A stretch of 64,000 nt of DNA from Candidatus Latescibacterota bacterium (GCA_965217865.1 CBDCJO010000001.1:448001-512000); one strand, 5' to 3'; shown: positions 1 to 10,358, counted from the first letter of the stretch. The notes: generated by a model not told the origin, from the sequence alone. Numbers and translations are program-made.

Positions 1-515
1 TGCCCTCCCGAAAGGGTCATCTGGTGCGTCCAGTGCCCCGGATCCCCCAACCCGGTTCCGCACCAGTATTTTGCGGCAACCAGGCTGATCGTCTCACCTT
101 CAAGTTCCCGGACGGCTGCGTCCGTGCCGCCCCGGTAACGCAATTGATAACCCACACACGTAACAATCCCTTTTTTCCGCACCGCCTCAGCTACCGAACG
201 GGAAGTCTCCATCGTCCTGGCAACCGGTTTCTCGACGAGAAAAGGCAAGCCCCGGTCGATCACGTCCAGCTCCGGTTGCCCGTGAGCGAACACCGGGAGG
301 CTTAGGTAGACCGCGTCGAGATCGTCTCGCTCGAGCATCTTCCGATAATCCGTGTAGGCCCTCGCCCCATACGCCTCCCCCGCCTGCTTGGACAATGCTT
401 CCACGATGTCGCACGTCGCCACGAGTCGTGCATCCGGCAAAGATGACAACGCCTCCATATGCCCCTTCGCATTCCCCCCACAACCGATAATCCCGATTTG
501 AACCTGATCAGACAT
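1..515 (-). pseudogene. Gfo/Idh/MocA oxidoreductase, 5' part, with at least 2 frameshifts (possibly sequencing indels); runs off the window
   Basis: Manual translation across frames gives MSDQVQIGIIGCGG / AKGHMEALSSLPDARLVATCDI..YTDYRKMLERDDLDAVYLSLP..H / FLVEKPVA..GYQLRY, containing the GxG and EKP motifs; the breaks lie at or near homopolymer runs. Confidence 0.8.
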
Positions 516-623
516 CAGTCCCTCATGGAAAACTTCAACTTCAAAAACACAAACCGAGAGGCCTCAGCGTGTAAGGCCGTCAATTTGCAATCTCCATTTT
601 GAATTTCATTTTCCTTTTCCATT

Positions 624-1025
624 TCACCCCTTCGATCCACCTCGTCGCGACGTAATGGTAGAGGTGCCCGGCTCCCCCCTCCCCCGGTTCAGTTTCCATT
701 CCTCAAACCGCTCAGCACCAAGACGGTCGCAGAGCAGTTCTGGAATCGATGAAACGCTTTCGGAATCACCAGAACAAAAGAACAGGTCAACCGCGGCGTA
801 ACCCGCCTCCGGCCAGGTATGAATCGTCAGGTGGGACTGGCTGAGCGCCACGACGACGATGACGCCCTGAGGATCCATCGATTGCGAATGCATATTCAGG
901 ACTTGAGCCTGGACCCGTTCTACGACCTCCCTTACAACACCTTCAATCAACGGCGCATCGTTCAAGATCTCCGCTGAAGAACCATAGAGGTCGACAAGCA
1001 GGTGGATGCTATTTATGTACGCCAC
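624..1025 (-). CDS. speD: S-adenosylmethionine decarboxylase (SpeD/SpeH class 1b)-like pyruvoyl proenzyme
   Basis: HLLVDLYG...PQGV..V..LSQSHLTIHTWPEAGYAAVDLFFC; the cleavage motif reads QSH instead of ESH. Confidence 0.8.
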   Translation of the reverse strand: MAYINSIHLLVDLYGSSAEILNDAPLIEGVVREVVERVQAQVLNMHSQSMDPQGVIVVVALSQSHLTIHTWPEAGYAAVDLFFCSGDSESVSSIPELLCDRLGAERFEEWKLNRGRGEPGTSTITSRRGGSKG

Positions 1026-1067
1026 AGGTGCCTTCTCCTCGCCTTACCGATCGATCTGCGCTTGATT

Positions 1068-1868
1068 TTACCCCTTCACCCCGGCCACATGAAGATCTAT
1101 GGGAAAAGGCTGACCCCACTCCTCGGAATGTCGGTAGGTGTCTTCTCCCCGAACCAGAATAGGGCGATATCTTGGTGTGGTGCCCGACCGGACATGTTTG
1201 ACCGAGGTCGGGACATATCGAATCGTCAGTCCACACCGGCGTCGGTTCGACCGGTTGGGATTGCTACCGTGGATCAACACCCCGTGATGGAGTGAGATCT
1301 CCCCCGCCTTCAGTATCAGATCAACCGCCCGCTCATTTTCTTCGGGATCAACCGGGACCTCCTGATTGATGCTGAGCAAATTTCCCTTCTGACCCGACTT
1401 CCCGTGTTCCCGGATCCCGTTCCTGTGGGTCCCGGGAATCACCCGCATGCAGCCGTTATCCACTTCGCTGTCGTCCACCGCGAACCAGGCCGTGATCGCG
1501 TAAGGCGGTTCCAGCCCCCAGTAAGTCACATCCTGGTGCCAGGCCACAAATTTTTCGGGGGCACCCCCTTCGGGGCGCTTCGATTCCGGGTACTTACAGA
1601 AGAAATGGGATCCGAGAAGCATGATGTTCATGCCCATCACGGCTTCGAGACAACCCAATACCTTTGGATGGGTCGCCACACCCCACACAAATTTACTCCT
1701 AAAATGTTCGTCTTGAAGGCCGATCAGGCATTTATCTCTCCCCTCCCGGGCTTCCAGGGCGTCGAATTGATCCCGGATGCGGTCCGCTGCCTCACGATCG
1801 AAAATTTTCACACCCGAGACAAACCCCTGTTCTTCGAACTCCTGAATTCTCTCGGCCTCCAGAAACAT
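1068..1868 (-). CDS. Phytanoyl-CoA dioxygenase (PhyH) family Fe(II)/2OG oxygenase
   Basis: WHQD, NGCMRVIPGTH, HGS.PN.S.RRR motifs. Confidence 0.9.
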   Translation of the reverse strand: MFLEAERIQEFEEQGFVSGVKIFDREAADRIRDQFDALEAREGRDKCLIGLQDEHFRSKFVWGVATHPKVLGCLEAVMGMNIMLLGSHFFCKYPESKRPEGGAPEKFVAWHQDVTYWGLEPPYAITAWFAVDDSEVDNGCMRVIPGTHRNGIREHGKSGQKGNLLSINQEVPVDPEENERAVDLILKAGEISLHHGVLIHGSNPNRSNRRRCGLTIRYVPTSVKHVRSGTTPRYRPILVRGEDTYRHSEEWGQPFPIDLHVAGVKG

Positions 1869-2075
1869 CGGGACTTCCTCCCTAAGGTCTCACACGGTTA
1901 GAATGATGGTCCAGGATGTGATTCGAATTTAATATAGGATATACGATACGGCGGAACAATCGGAAAACGCTCTATTTCTATGTTAGGATCCCGCGGATCT
2001 TTATCAGTTGGGCTTGGCAATATCCCCCTCAATCTTTCTGTGGCCATTCCGACTTCAGCTGCTTATCTTGCGTTT

Positions 2076-3170
2076 ATGCCCGACCGCCCACGCTGCTACG
2101 GAACCTTCGATTCTTCGGAAACCAAGTGTAATGCTTGCTATGTCTTTCGAAGCTGTGATCGAGCTTCATCCCCTTCCAGGCGGGAAACCCGATCGCCCAA
2201 AGCTCTGAAGACCAATCCCGTCAGCGGAACCATCCAAGTGGATGATATCGATCTGGGTTTCACCCTTTCATCCGGCCAGGTGTTCCGGTGGGGAAGGGAT
2301 CGGGATGGATGGTGGAAGGGAATCGGGTACGGAACTGTGATCCACCTCAGGCAGTCAGGGAAATTACTCCACTACCGGGCTTCCTCGGATCGAATCCGGA
2401 CCTTTTCCGATGTTCTGGAGATTGAAACCTTTCTAAGTTGGTACCTCCGGCTTCGAGAACCCGCCAGGGTCCGGATCCCAAGAGGGGACCGTCATCTGCG
2501 GGAGGCCTTGAAGGCCCTCCGTGGATTTCGATTCGTGCGTCAGGAACCGTTCGAGTGCACGATCTCCTATGTCCTGTCCGTTCAGGCCCATATGGGTTTA
2601 ACAAGACGGCGGATCGCATGGCTCTCGAAGCTTCTCGGTAACCGGATTGACTTTTTGGGACAATCCTATTGGACCTTTCCAGCCCCGGAGTTACTCGCAG
2701 ACTTGAACGGACCCTATCTGCGGAGCCACCGTTTCGGGTATCGTTCTGAAAAGACCATCACCACCGCCCGAATCATCTCGGACCATACCCAAACGGTCCG
2801 GAAGAAGCTCAATTTAAATGATTGGAGAAAACTCGCTGACCTGCTCCATGCCACCCCGGGGTCTGGCGTAGGTTTGAAGGTCGCCCGGTGCATCGACCTG
2901 TTCTCCCTCGATCGATTGAGCTCATTTGCAGTGGACACTTGGGTGCGAAAGTTGGCGAAGGATTGGTACGGGGTCAACGGATCAGATGCACAGATCTGTG
3001 CCTGGGGGGATGCACGTTATGGAAATGAGGCAGGCTACGCTGGGGAGCACCTGTTTGCCTGGTATCGCGAGCAGAATGCGACATCCCTGGAGGATCGGGT
3101 CATTTCATTTTGCGCCACAGGTGCGCCGTCATCCGAACTGCCGTATGAAAAAAAGAGTGAAGAAGGGTGA
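2076..3170 (+). CDS. 8-oxoguanine DNA glycosylase (Ogg1-type HhH-GPD) with an N-terminal Cys4 motif
   Basis: TLSSGQVFRW (OGG_N), RQEPFEC.ISY, GVGLKVARC (catalytic Lys), AVDTW (catalytic Asp); start at ATG 2076 is inferred. Confidence 0.85.
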   Translation: MPDRPRCYGTFDSSETKCNACYVFRSCDRASSPSRRETRSPKALKTNPVSGTIQVDDIDLGFTLSSGQVFRWGRDRDGWWKGIGYGTVIHLRQSGKLLHYRASSDRIRTFSDVLEIETFLSWYLRLREPARVRIPRGDRHLREALKALRGFRFVRQEPFECTISYVLSVQAHMGLTRRRIAWLSKLLGNRIDFLGQSYWTFPAPELLADLNGPYLRSHRFGYRSEKTITTARIISDHTQTVRKKLNLNDWRKLADLLHATPGSGVGLKVARCIDLFSLDRLSSFAVDTWVRKLAKDWYGVNGSDAQICAWGDARYGNEAGYAGEHLFAWYREQNATSLEDRVISFCATGAPSSELPYEKKSEEG

Positions 3171-3211
3171 TGGGGATCAGAGGTCTGGGCTCAATATGCA
3201 ATTTCCCATTT

Positions 3212-4183
3212 CTACGGATTGACCACATTCTGAGGACAGCCTTCCAGGAAAGCGATGACATTGTCCACAACCCCTGCATTAAGCATGTCCATCCCCTCAG
3301 GGGTCTGGTCCGCGTTGTGCGGCGTCAGAACCACCTGTTCGCAGGACAGGATGGGATGGTCTCCCGGGAGGGGTTCTTCGGCGAACACGTCGATTGCTGC
3401 GCTGTCCAGATGACCGGATTTCAACGCTTCAACCAGGGCGGACATGTCAACGATGGCCCCTCTTGCCGTGTTGACCAGAATCGCCCCCCGCTTCATCAGA
3501 TCGATCTCCCGCGGACCGATCATCCCTTTTGTCTGATCGGTGAGCTGCACGTGGAGGCTGACCACATCGGATACCCTCAGTAGTTCGTCCAGCTCGACAA
3601 ATCGAACACCAAGCGAACTTGCCCGTTCGGGAGTCGGATGAAAAGTCCACGCGACCAAGTCCATGCCGATCCCCTGGGCTAGCCGCGCAACGGCCGAGCC
3701 AATGTTCCCTGTTCCGATCAGGCCAAGCGTCTTGCCGAAGAGATAGATATTGTCCATCCTGGTCCAGCGGCCCGCTTTCAACTCGGCCGTCTGGAAATAG
3801 GCTCTTTTGGACGCGGCCATCATCAGACCAAAGGCGTGCTCCGCTACGACGGGAGCCGTCCTTCCAGGGATATTGGAGATCACAATCCCAAGCTCACGAG
3901 CGGCGTCCAGATCGAAGGCATCGGTTCCGATCCCGCAGGTTGTGGCCATCTTCAGGTTCGGAAGCTTCCGCAGGATCTCGGCGGGCCAGCTCGCCGAACC
4001 TCTGGTATTCAGCAGACAGACCGCATCCTTCGCCCGTTTTATTTTTTCTTCCGCCATTCCCGGTCGATCCTTATGGATGATAACGTCGCCATAGGGTTTG
4101 AGACGCTCCAGGTGTGGCGAGCCCTGTATCTGAACCGGATCGTCCCCCGGAACGACAATGACGACACGCTCTGATCTGCTCAT
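3212..4183 (-). CDS. D-isomer-specific 2-hydroxyacid dehydrogenase
   Basis: GTGNIG, NTARG, DVFAEEP, TPHNA. Confidence 0.9.
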   Translation of the reverse strand: MSRSERVVIVVPGDDPVQIQGSPHLERLKPYGDVIIHKDRPGMAEEKIKRAKDAVCLLNTRGSASWPAEILRKLPNLKMATTCGIGTDAFDLDAARELGIVISNIPGRTAPVVAEHAFGLMMAASKRAYFQTAELKAGRWTRMDNIYLFGKTLGLIGTGNIGSAVARLAQGIGMDLVAWTFHPTPERASSLGVRFVELDELLRVSDVVSLHVQLTDQTKGMIGPREIDLMKRGAILVNTARGAIVDMSALVEALKSGHLDSAAIDVFAEEPLPGDHPILSCEQVVLTPHNADQTPEGMDMLNAGVVDNVIAFLEGCPQNVVNP

Positions 4184-4980
4184 ATGATCTCCCTCCGATT
4201 AGATTCACCAACCTCACAATTTAAGACGATCTCCCGGCTTCTCTTTAGGGACTCATCGGTATCCGGGAGATTCTGGTTCAGTTCGAAGCTCAGGGGTCCC
4301 GAATATTCCACATCTACGAGGGCATTCAACATCCGCGTCAAAGCCCGACGGTCCATGATGCCATCAAGAAGCGGGAGATGGAGATCCCCAAGGCCGTCGT
4401 TGTCGTTCAAATGGACATAGCCCAGATGTGGCCCCGCGGCCTTGATCGTTGCAACCATCTCCTCCCCCGAGATCTGTGCGTGGCCAGTATCAAACAGGAG
4501 GTAAAGGTTTGGATGGCCGATCCCTTGTAAAAAAGCCAGTGTCTCCGAGACAGTAGGTAACGCGGAACCGGGGAAATGCTCGACACAAAGTTTTATCCCT
4601 GAGTTCGATGCGCCTTCGGCGGCAAGGCTGAGATTTCGGGCAAGCCGATCCAAGTAAGTCCCGCCCTCCGCCTTCCCGGGAACGATATAGGCGGTTTTTG
4701 CGCCCAGTTCCGCTGCCTCCGACAGGGACTGGTTGATGTAATCCATGGCCTGACCCGAAGCCCTTTCATCCGGGCTTTCGAGGGAAGCGCAATCTGGGAG
4801 CCCGAAAGACGCTGCCACACAGGAGACCCTAAGGCCAAGCTGACCTGCTATATCGTGAGCGATTGGGGAGGTGAGGGCGGAGGGGCGGACATCGATCGAA
4901 CTAAATCCCGCCTTGGCAACCCGGGACATCACCTCTGCTTCCGGCCCCGGGAGAGACCAGACACAGCACGAGAGATTCAT
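4180..4980 (-). CDS. Sugar phosphate isomerase/epimerase (xylose-isomerase-like TIM barrel)
   Basis: EH, FDTGH, YVHLNDNDG..DLHLP, FE metal ligands. Confidence 0.85.
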   Translation of the reverse strand: MNLSCCVWSLPGPEAEVMSRVAKAGFSSIDVRPSALTSPIAHDIAGQLGLRVSCVAASFGLPDCASLESPDERASGQAMDYINQSLSEAAELGAKTAYIVPGKAEGGTYLDRLARNLSLAAEGASNSGIKLCVEHFPGSALPTVSETLAFLQGIGHPNLYLLFDTGHAQISGEEMVATIKAAGPHLGYVHLNDNDGLGDLHLPLLDGIMDRRALTRMLNALVDVEYSGPLSFELNQNLPDTDESLKRSREIVLNCEVGESNRREII

Positions 4981-5073
4981 ACGAGGCCTTAACTGAGGAG
5001 ACTTTAATAATTTTGCGATTCATACAAATTATACATGAGGACGTCGAATGACAATGCTCCGCATCCCGAATCC

Positions 5074-5997
5074 CTAATTAGGATTTCTGATAAGAAAATA
5101 GTGAAAATGTCCTGTCACCTCTAGATAAGCTTCAGGAAAGTTGGAGGGCAAGGGCTGAAAGGGGTCGGAGAGTTCAACGGCCTTGGCGCTCGTCTCGATC
5201 AGAAGCTTGCTGCCCTCATATCCCATAACCTCTACACCGAGCAGCCTCCCGTTCCGGCCGATCTGGAAGCGGATAACGTTCTTCCCATCGATCATGCCGT
5301 AAAGGGAGAAAGCTGCTGGGGGATAGATGTGGTCTTGGATCCGTTTTTTTAACCTGATCATGTATGGAGCGAAGTCCCATTCATAGGTATTCAAGCTGAG
5401 GGCCCCGTCATCCAGGACCGCTCCCTGCAGGTTCTGAAACATCGGGATTCGTCGGATTCCAGCCCCATAAACCTGCTTTGCTAAGACATCCTCTCCCCCC
5501 CGTTTGAGATACGAGCCGAAATCCAACTTCCCATCCGGTCCTGCCCGCTTGAGTCCACGATTCGGTACGACCATCACTTCGCCTCTTTGTCCCTCTTTCC
5601 AGGACTCTGCTGTCCGGTTCTTCCCTGGAGGGACCCCTCGATTTCCCCTGATGTTTAAGTTCCGATTTAAATCGACAACATCATCCAAATCCCCTTTCGA
5701 AAAAGGCAAGGCTGACTTAGGAAGATCTCTCGGCGCGCGGTTTTTGGCAACCGCATTGCGGTCGGAAGGCATCCGAGCGTTTTCAGGGGGGCGTTCCTGG
5801 TGTGCTGCATTTGGGTTCTCTACCACAGGAGACCTGACAATCTCGAATCGCTGAAGGAACGGCCGGCCGGTTGCCGGAGATCTCGATACGATCCCAAAGA
5901 ATCCAAATCGTCGGGAATATCCAACCAGCATCAGGTGCAGAAGAATTGAGATCCCCAGGGCGATCAGGATATAATGGCTGGTCGAGATGCCTCTCAT
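5074..5997 (-). CDS. TonB/TolA-like energy transducer (N-terminal TM anchor, TonB C-terminal domain)
   Basis: SILLH membrane anchor; LSLNT....APYM..LK.RI...IYPP; PFQPLP. Confidence 0.75.
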   Translation of the reverse strand: MRGISTSHYILIALGISILLHLMLVGYSRRFGFFGIVSRSPATGRPFLQRFEIVRSPVVENPNAAHQERPPENARMPSDRNAVAKNRAPRDLPKSALPFSKGDLDDVVDLNRNLNIRGNRGVPPGKNRTAESWKEGQRGEVMVVPNRGLKRAGPDGKLDFGSYLKRGGEDVLAKQVYGAGIRRIPMFQNLQGAVLDDGALSLNTYEWDFAPYMIRLKKRIQDHIYPPAAFSLYGMIDGKNVIRFQIGRNGRLLGVEVMGYEGSKLLIETSAKAVELSDPFQPLPSNFPEAYLEVTGHFHYFLIRNPN

Positions 5998-6173
5998 GGA
6001 ACTTCGGTGTTTGATAAGGAGGTCTGCCGTTTGGACCGCCTTCGGGACACCTCCCAGGAATTTTGAGTATTGGACAAGGGGCCAAGGCCCCCTCCCTGGA
6101 AAATTGAAGACCCTCTGATGGAAGCTGGATCTGGTATCAGGGTCATGATAGAATTCCGGTCACCCTCCCGGTT

Positions 6174-6974
6174 TCATCTATTCCTCCGCCTTCTGTTGAT
6201 TTTTCTCGATCTTTCCGACTGTTTTCTTCTTGCCTTGGCTTTGCGGCTCTTATGGCGGGGATGTGAACCTCCCTCATGTTGATGGGAGACTGATGTGTCG
6301 GATTTTTCATCGCTGGATGGCTTGTCGAGAGCCCCGCCCGGTTCAAACTGCTTCTGGACATCATCCCAACTCATCAGGAAATCATCCACCTTGCCCGAAG
6401 CATAAGCCTTTTGGATCGTGGGGATCGATTCTTCGGAACGCAGTTGAACCAGCGAACCGATGATAAATCCGTTGATTTCAGGACTGTTCTCCCCGTACCG
6501 ACCCAACCGATCCGATAGGACCTGGATGCATTCCGACCGGGCTTCTTGATGCACCTTCCCGATGAGTTCCAGGGACGTGATGGCCGTCACGTACGGCTTC
6601 AACTCGTGAGGTCCTTGATCCAGGTAGGCCGAAAGGGGCTGAATGACCCGCCGACCGATCATGCCAAAAACCGCCGGAAGTTCCTCGAGTATCCAATCAT
6701 CGTCTTTCTGGTCTTCGAGGAGGCCCATCAACGGTTCGACTGCAGTCTCAGCGCGAAGTTGACCAAGGGATCGCCAGGCATGAATGGGGGCCCAGACTTC
6801 GAGATCTTCGGAGTTGGCCTGGTTTAACTCTGTATCCGTAGACATCCGGATGAGATCGGGGATCTGGTCTGGACCGATTCCCAGAGCGAGATAGTCAGGC
6901 CATTCTCGAATTTGGCGGCAATCCCCGTACGTAAGCAATCGATCGACAGGAGGTCGGTAATCTTTGATACTCAT
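6174..6974 (-). CDS. DUF1186/HEAT-repeat-like protein with a basic C-terminal tail
   Basis: WAPIHAWRSLGQLRAE, DDWILEELP..FGMIG. Confidence 0.65.
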   Translation of the reverse strand: MSIKDYRPPVDRLLTYGDCRQIREWPDYLALGIGPDQIPDLIRMSTDTELNQANSEDLEVWAPIHAWRSLGQLRAETAVEPLMGLLEDQKDDDWILEELPAVFGMIGRRVIQPLSAYLDQGPHELKPYVTAITSLELIGKVHQEARSECIQVLSDRLGRYGENSPEINGFIIGSLVQLRSEESIPTIQKAYASGKVDDFLMSWDDVQKQFEPGGALDKPSSDEKSDTSVSHQHEGGSHPRHKSRKAKARRKQSERSRKINRRRRNR

Positions 6975-7025
6975 AGGAATCTCCCAGGGTTACCGTCACA
7001 CTTCCTTGCAAACCCACCTGAGGCC

Positions 7026-7433
7026 TTACATCCTTACCCCCCGCCACTCGTCTTTCCGACAGCTGATATCGATGACATTCCCATCCGGATCTGCCACCTT
7101 GAACGAGTTGGTCGGCCTTATTTCAGGCGTGTTTCGCTGTTTGACATCATCTCGGAGGATCTTGAAACCTTTCGTCAAGCATTGGCCGTAGACAAGGTCA
7201 AGATCCTCAACGATAAAACCGATATGGATGAATTCCTCGGGTTCCGGTAATGACGACCTGGGATCCCCGTCGTAGGGAAGCAACGTCACGTTGATGGTGC
7301 CATCGGACAAGTCCAGGGCTCCGGAGCCGGAAGGCCGAAACCCGATAAACTTGATGCCCAGGACGGATTCGAAAAATAATCGTGAACGTTTAATGTCTGC
7401 GGTTCGAATCGCGATATGGCGTAAGATGCTCAA
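7026..7433 (-). CDS. VOC/glyoxalase family protein
   Basis: LRHIAI, HIGFIVED, DPDGNVID. Confidence 0.85.
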   Translation of the reverse strand: MSILRHIAIRTADIKRSRLFFESVLGIKFIGFRPSGSGALDLSDGTINVTLLPYDGDPRSSLPEPEEFIHIGFIVEDLDLVYGQCLTKGFKILRDDVKQRNTPEIRPTNSFKVADPDGNVIDISCRKDEWRGVRM

Positions 7434-7508
7434 GGCATTTGAGATTGGTTGGGAGACAGATGAAGGGAAGGTTTTTCAACCTTAAACCAAAAGATCCTTA
7501 TATTTTTC

Positions 7509-8240
7509 CTAATTCTCTTCCAGTTCCTTTGCATAGATTTCAGCATTGTCTTCAGGGGTATAACCCAGATCCCTGGCGGAATTGGAGATGTCCCACGGTC
7601 CCCTCGAATTATCCGAGACCCCGTAATAGATGCCAAATTTAACGTGCGAAGCTTCGATGCTTCGCCAGACCAGCTGGACGGTATCCCGATGGCTCAGCCA
7701 TGTGGCCAGCTGCCGTTTGTCCTTCGGCTTGGGTTGAAAAGATCCGATTCTAAGACAAATGCTCTCAAGCCCGTACTGGTCGAAATAGAAGCGAGCAAGC
7801 GCCTCTCCGAAGACCTTGCTGACCCCATAAAAACTATCCGGCCGGACAGCCATCTCCGTCGTGGTGTAGACCCCCTCTTGCTCGTAAAACCCTGTGACGT
7901 GGTTCGTACTGGCGAACACGATCCTCTTGACTCCATTTAATCGGGACGTCTCATAAGCGTGATAGTTCCCCATGATATTCAAGGATAGAGTTCGCGAAAA
8001 CGGGGCATCTCCATTCGGATCTGCCGCCATGTGGACGACAACGTCGATGCCCTTCGTGGCCTTCAGCATCGCCTCGAAATCGACAATGTCTCCAACGAAA
8101 GCATCGGAACCGTCCAGGCTTGCGGGGATCTTGGAGTGATACATCAACCGCAGGTCGTAACGGTCTTTCAAGCCTTGATGTAAAACTTCTCCAATTCTTC
8201 CGGCCGCGCCCGTGATCAACACGCGCTTTCGGTCTCCCAC
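7509..8240 (-). CDS. NAD-dependent epimerase/dehydratase, uronate dehydrogenase-like
   Basis: TGAAGRIG, FASTNH, RPDSFYGVSKVFGE, TWLSHRD. Confidence 0.85.
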   Translation of the reverse strand: MGDRKRVLITGAAGRIGEVLHQGLKDRYDLRLMYHSKIPASLDGSDAFVGDIVDFEAMLKATKGIDVVVHMAADPNGDAPFSRTLSLNIMGNYHAYETSRLNGVKRIVFASTNHVTGFYEQEGVYTTTEMAVRPDSFYGVSKVFGEALARFYFDQYGLESICLRIGSFQPKPKDKRQLATWLSHRDTVQLVWRSIEASHVKFGIYYGVSDNSRGPWDISNSARDLGYTPEDNAEIYAKELEEN

Positions 8241-8472
8241 TTCTGCCAGCTCCGATGAGAAGAAAATTCAATGTTCACGATTCGCTAAACCCCAATAGCT
8301 CAAGATTTGCCTTCATCGTGTAAATTAAGTTTTTAACACATTTTATCGCAAGGTGTTTTTCGTAGGTACTCTGGGTCTGTTAACGGGTAACCTCCCCCGA
8401 CCTGCTTGAATGGAGTCGACCTTACGTCGCTGTATCCTGTCTTTCAGGACCGGACACCTGCGATTCCGTCCA

Positions 8473-9240
8473 TCAACCTTTCGCCTTTTGATACATGTCT
8501 CGGTAGACTTTCAGTGAACCGTCATCCTCGGGCTCATAGCTCAGCAACGCCTTTGCGTTTGAAAGATCGAATTTCTTTTCACCTCCGTTGGAGACCCCGT
8601 AGAAAATCCCGAATTTAAGCGCCTCTTTTTCGATGCAGCGCCACGTCATCTGCGCGATGTCGCGCGGACTGAACCAGCGGGAATAACCCGGTTCGTAAAA
8701 CTGACCGGGTTCGTCCTTCCCGTTGAAATTCGCGATCCGGAGACAGAACACTCGGATTCCGTGGCGATCCGAATAGAATCGTCCCAATGCCTCCCCGAAG
8801 GCCTTGCCCGCGCCGTATATCCCGTCCGGGCGGACCATGGCATCGGGATAGGAGCAGAATTGGTCCTTTTCATAGTTTCCCGTAACGTGATTTGTGCTCG
8901 CGAACACGACGGTCGGCACCTGATTGATGCGAGCGGCTTCATAAAGATTGTAAACACCGGGGATATCCACCTCGAGGGTCGCCTGTGCCCGATGGGCTTC
9001 TGTCTGTCCCTTCCACTTGGCCAGGGCAAGGTGAACGATCACATCCACCCCCACGGTAGCCTCTAACATCGCCTCGAAATTCGCAACGTCCGAGACCACC
9101 ACCTCGTCCCCCTTCTCTACGTCGGGGACCTTGGAGTGGAAAAGCAGCCGAAAGTGGTATCGATCCCGAAGGTGTTTCCGCAGGGCCTGTCCGATCGTTC
9201 CAGCCGCACCGGTGATAAAGAGTTTTTTGCGATCCGCCAT
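8473..9240 (-). CDS. NAD-dependent epimerase/dehydratase, uronate dehydrogenase-like paralog
   Basis: TGAAGTIG, FASTNH, YGAGK; start MADRKK follows a GAGG RBS. Confidence 0.85.
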   Translation of the reverse strand: MADRKKLFITGAAGTIGQALRKHLRDRYHFRLLFHSKVPDVEKGDEVVVSDVANFEAMLEATVGVDVIVHLALAKWKGQTEAHRAQATLEVDIPGVYNLYEAARINQVPTVVFASTNHVTGNYEKDQFCSYPDAMVRPDGIYGAGKAFGEALGRFYSDRHGIRVFCLRIANFNGKDEPGQFYEPGYSRWFSPRDIAQMTWRCIEKEALKFGIFYGVSNGGEKKFDLSNAKALLSYEPEDDGSLKVYRDMYQKAKG

Positions 9241-9269
9241 ATTAATACCTCGTATCTCCTGAATCGTAT

Positions 9270-10358
9270 CTATCTGCCGTCTCCCGTCGCACCTTTCACT
9301 CTTTTGCATAAATCATTCCCTACCTCCGCGGTCGATGACTTCCCGCCAAGGTCGGCCGTGCGCACGATCCCCTCTCGCAAGTTCTGCCGGACCGCCCGAT
9401 CGATTATCTCCGAAGCCTTCTTTTCGCCAAGGAAATCGAGCATCATACCCGCTCCGATTACCGCAGCCAACGGATTGACCAAACTTTTCCCCGCTATATC
9501 GGGGGCCGATCCGTGGACCGGCTCGAACATCGAAGGATAGCGCCTGGAGGGGTCCAGGTTGGCGCTTGCAGCAAGACCCATACTCCCGATGATAATGGCG
9601 CTGATATCGGTTAAAATATCTCCAAAAAGGTTCGAGGCGACAACCACGTCGAAACTCTCCGGTTTTCGGATAAAGTCCATGCATGCTGCATCGATCAGTT
9701 TCGACTCCGTCTCGATATCGGGATATTCCCCCGAAACAGCGGTGAAAACCTCATCCCAAAAGACCATTCCAAAACCCTGAGCGTTGGATTTGGTAATGGA
9801 GGTTACTTTCTTCATTCCGTTCCGGGTCCTGGCGGCTTCGAAGGCATATCGGATAATCCGTTCCGTCCCCCGCCGGGTGAAAACGGCGGATTGGATGGCC
9901 ACCTCGTGCTCGCTTCCCGGGTAGATCCGTCCCCCTACGTTTGAATACTCACCCTCGGTATTCTCCCGCATCACGACAAGGTCGATCTCCCCGGCTTTTT
10001 TTCCTGAAAGAGGTGAGTCCACCCCCTCGAAAAGGATTCCCGGTCGTTCGTTTACGTACTGGTCGAAAGCCCGGCGGATCGGAAGCAATAGTCCGTTCAG
10101 TGTGATATGATCCTGAATGTCCGGCCAACCTACGGCACCGAGATAGATCGCATCGAAATTCGACAGCTGATCGATGCCATCCTCAGGCATCATCCGCCCG
10201 TGTCTACGATAATAGTCCGAACCCCAATCGAAGCGGACGTAATCCAGATTCAAATTCCCTACCTGTCCGGCCACAGCATCCATAACCTTGACCCCTTCGT
10301 CAACGACCTCCACTCCGGCCCCGTCCCCGGGAATCAAGGCAATTCGGTATGATCCCAT
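9270..10358 (-). CDS. Tartrate dehydrogenase/decarboxylase-like (isocitrate/isopropylmalate dehydrogenase family)
   Basis: IPGDG.G.EV, RENTEGEY, TKSNA, NLFGDILTD, FEPVHGSAPDIAG. Confidence 0.88.
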   Translation of the reverse strand: MGSYRIALIPGDGAGVEVVDEGVKVMDAVAGQVGNLNLDYVRFDWGSDYYRRHGRMMPEDGIDQLSNFDAIYLGAVGWPDIQDHITLNGLLLPIRRAFDQYVNERPGILFEGVDSPLSGKKAGEIDLVVMRENTEGEYSNVGGRIYPGSEHEVAIQSAVFTRRGTERIIRYAFEAARTRNGMKKVTSITKSNAQGFGMVFWDEVFTAVSGEYPDIETESKLIDAACMDFIRKPESFDVVVASNLFGDILTDISAIIIGSMGLAASANLDPSRRYPSMFEPVHGSAPDIAGKSLVNPLAAVIGAGMMLDFLGEKKASEIIDRAVRQNLREGIVRTADLGGKSSTAEVGNDLCKRVKGATGDGR

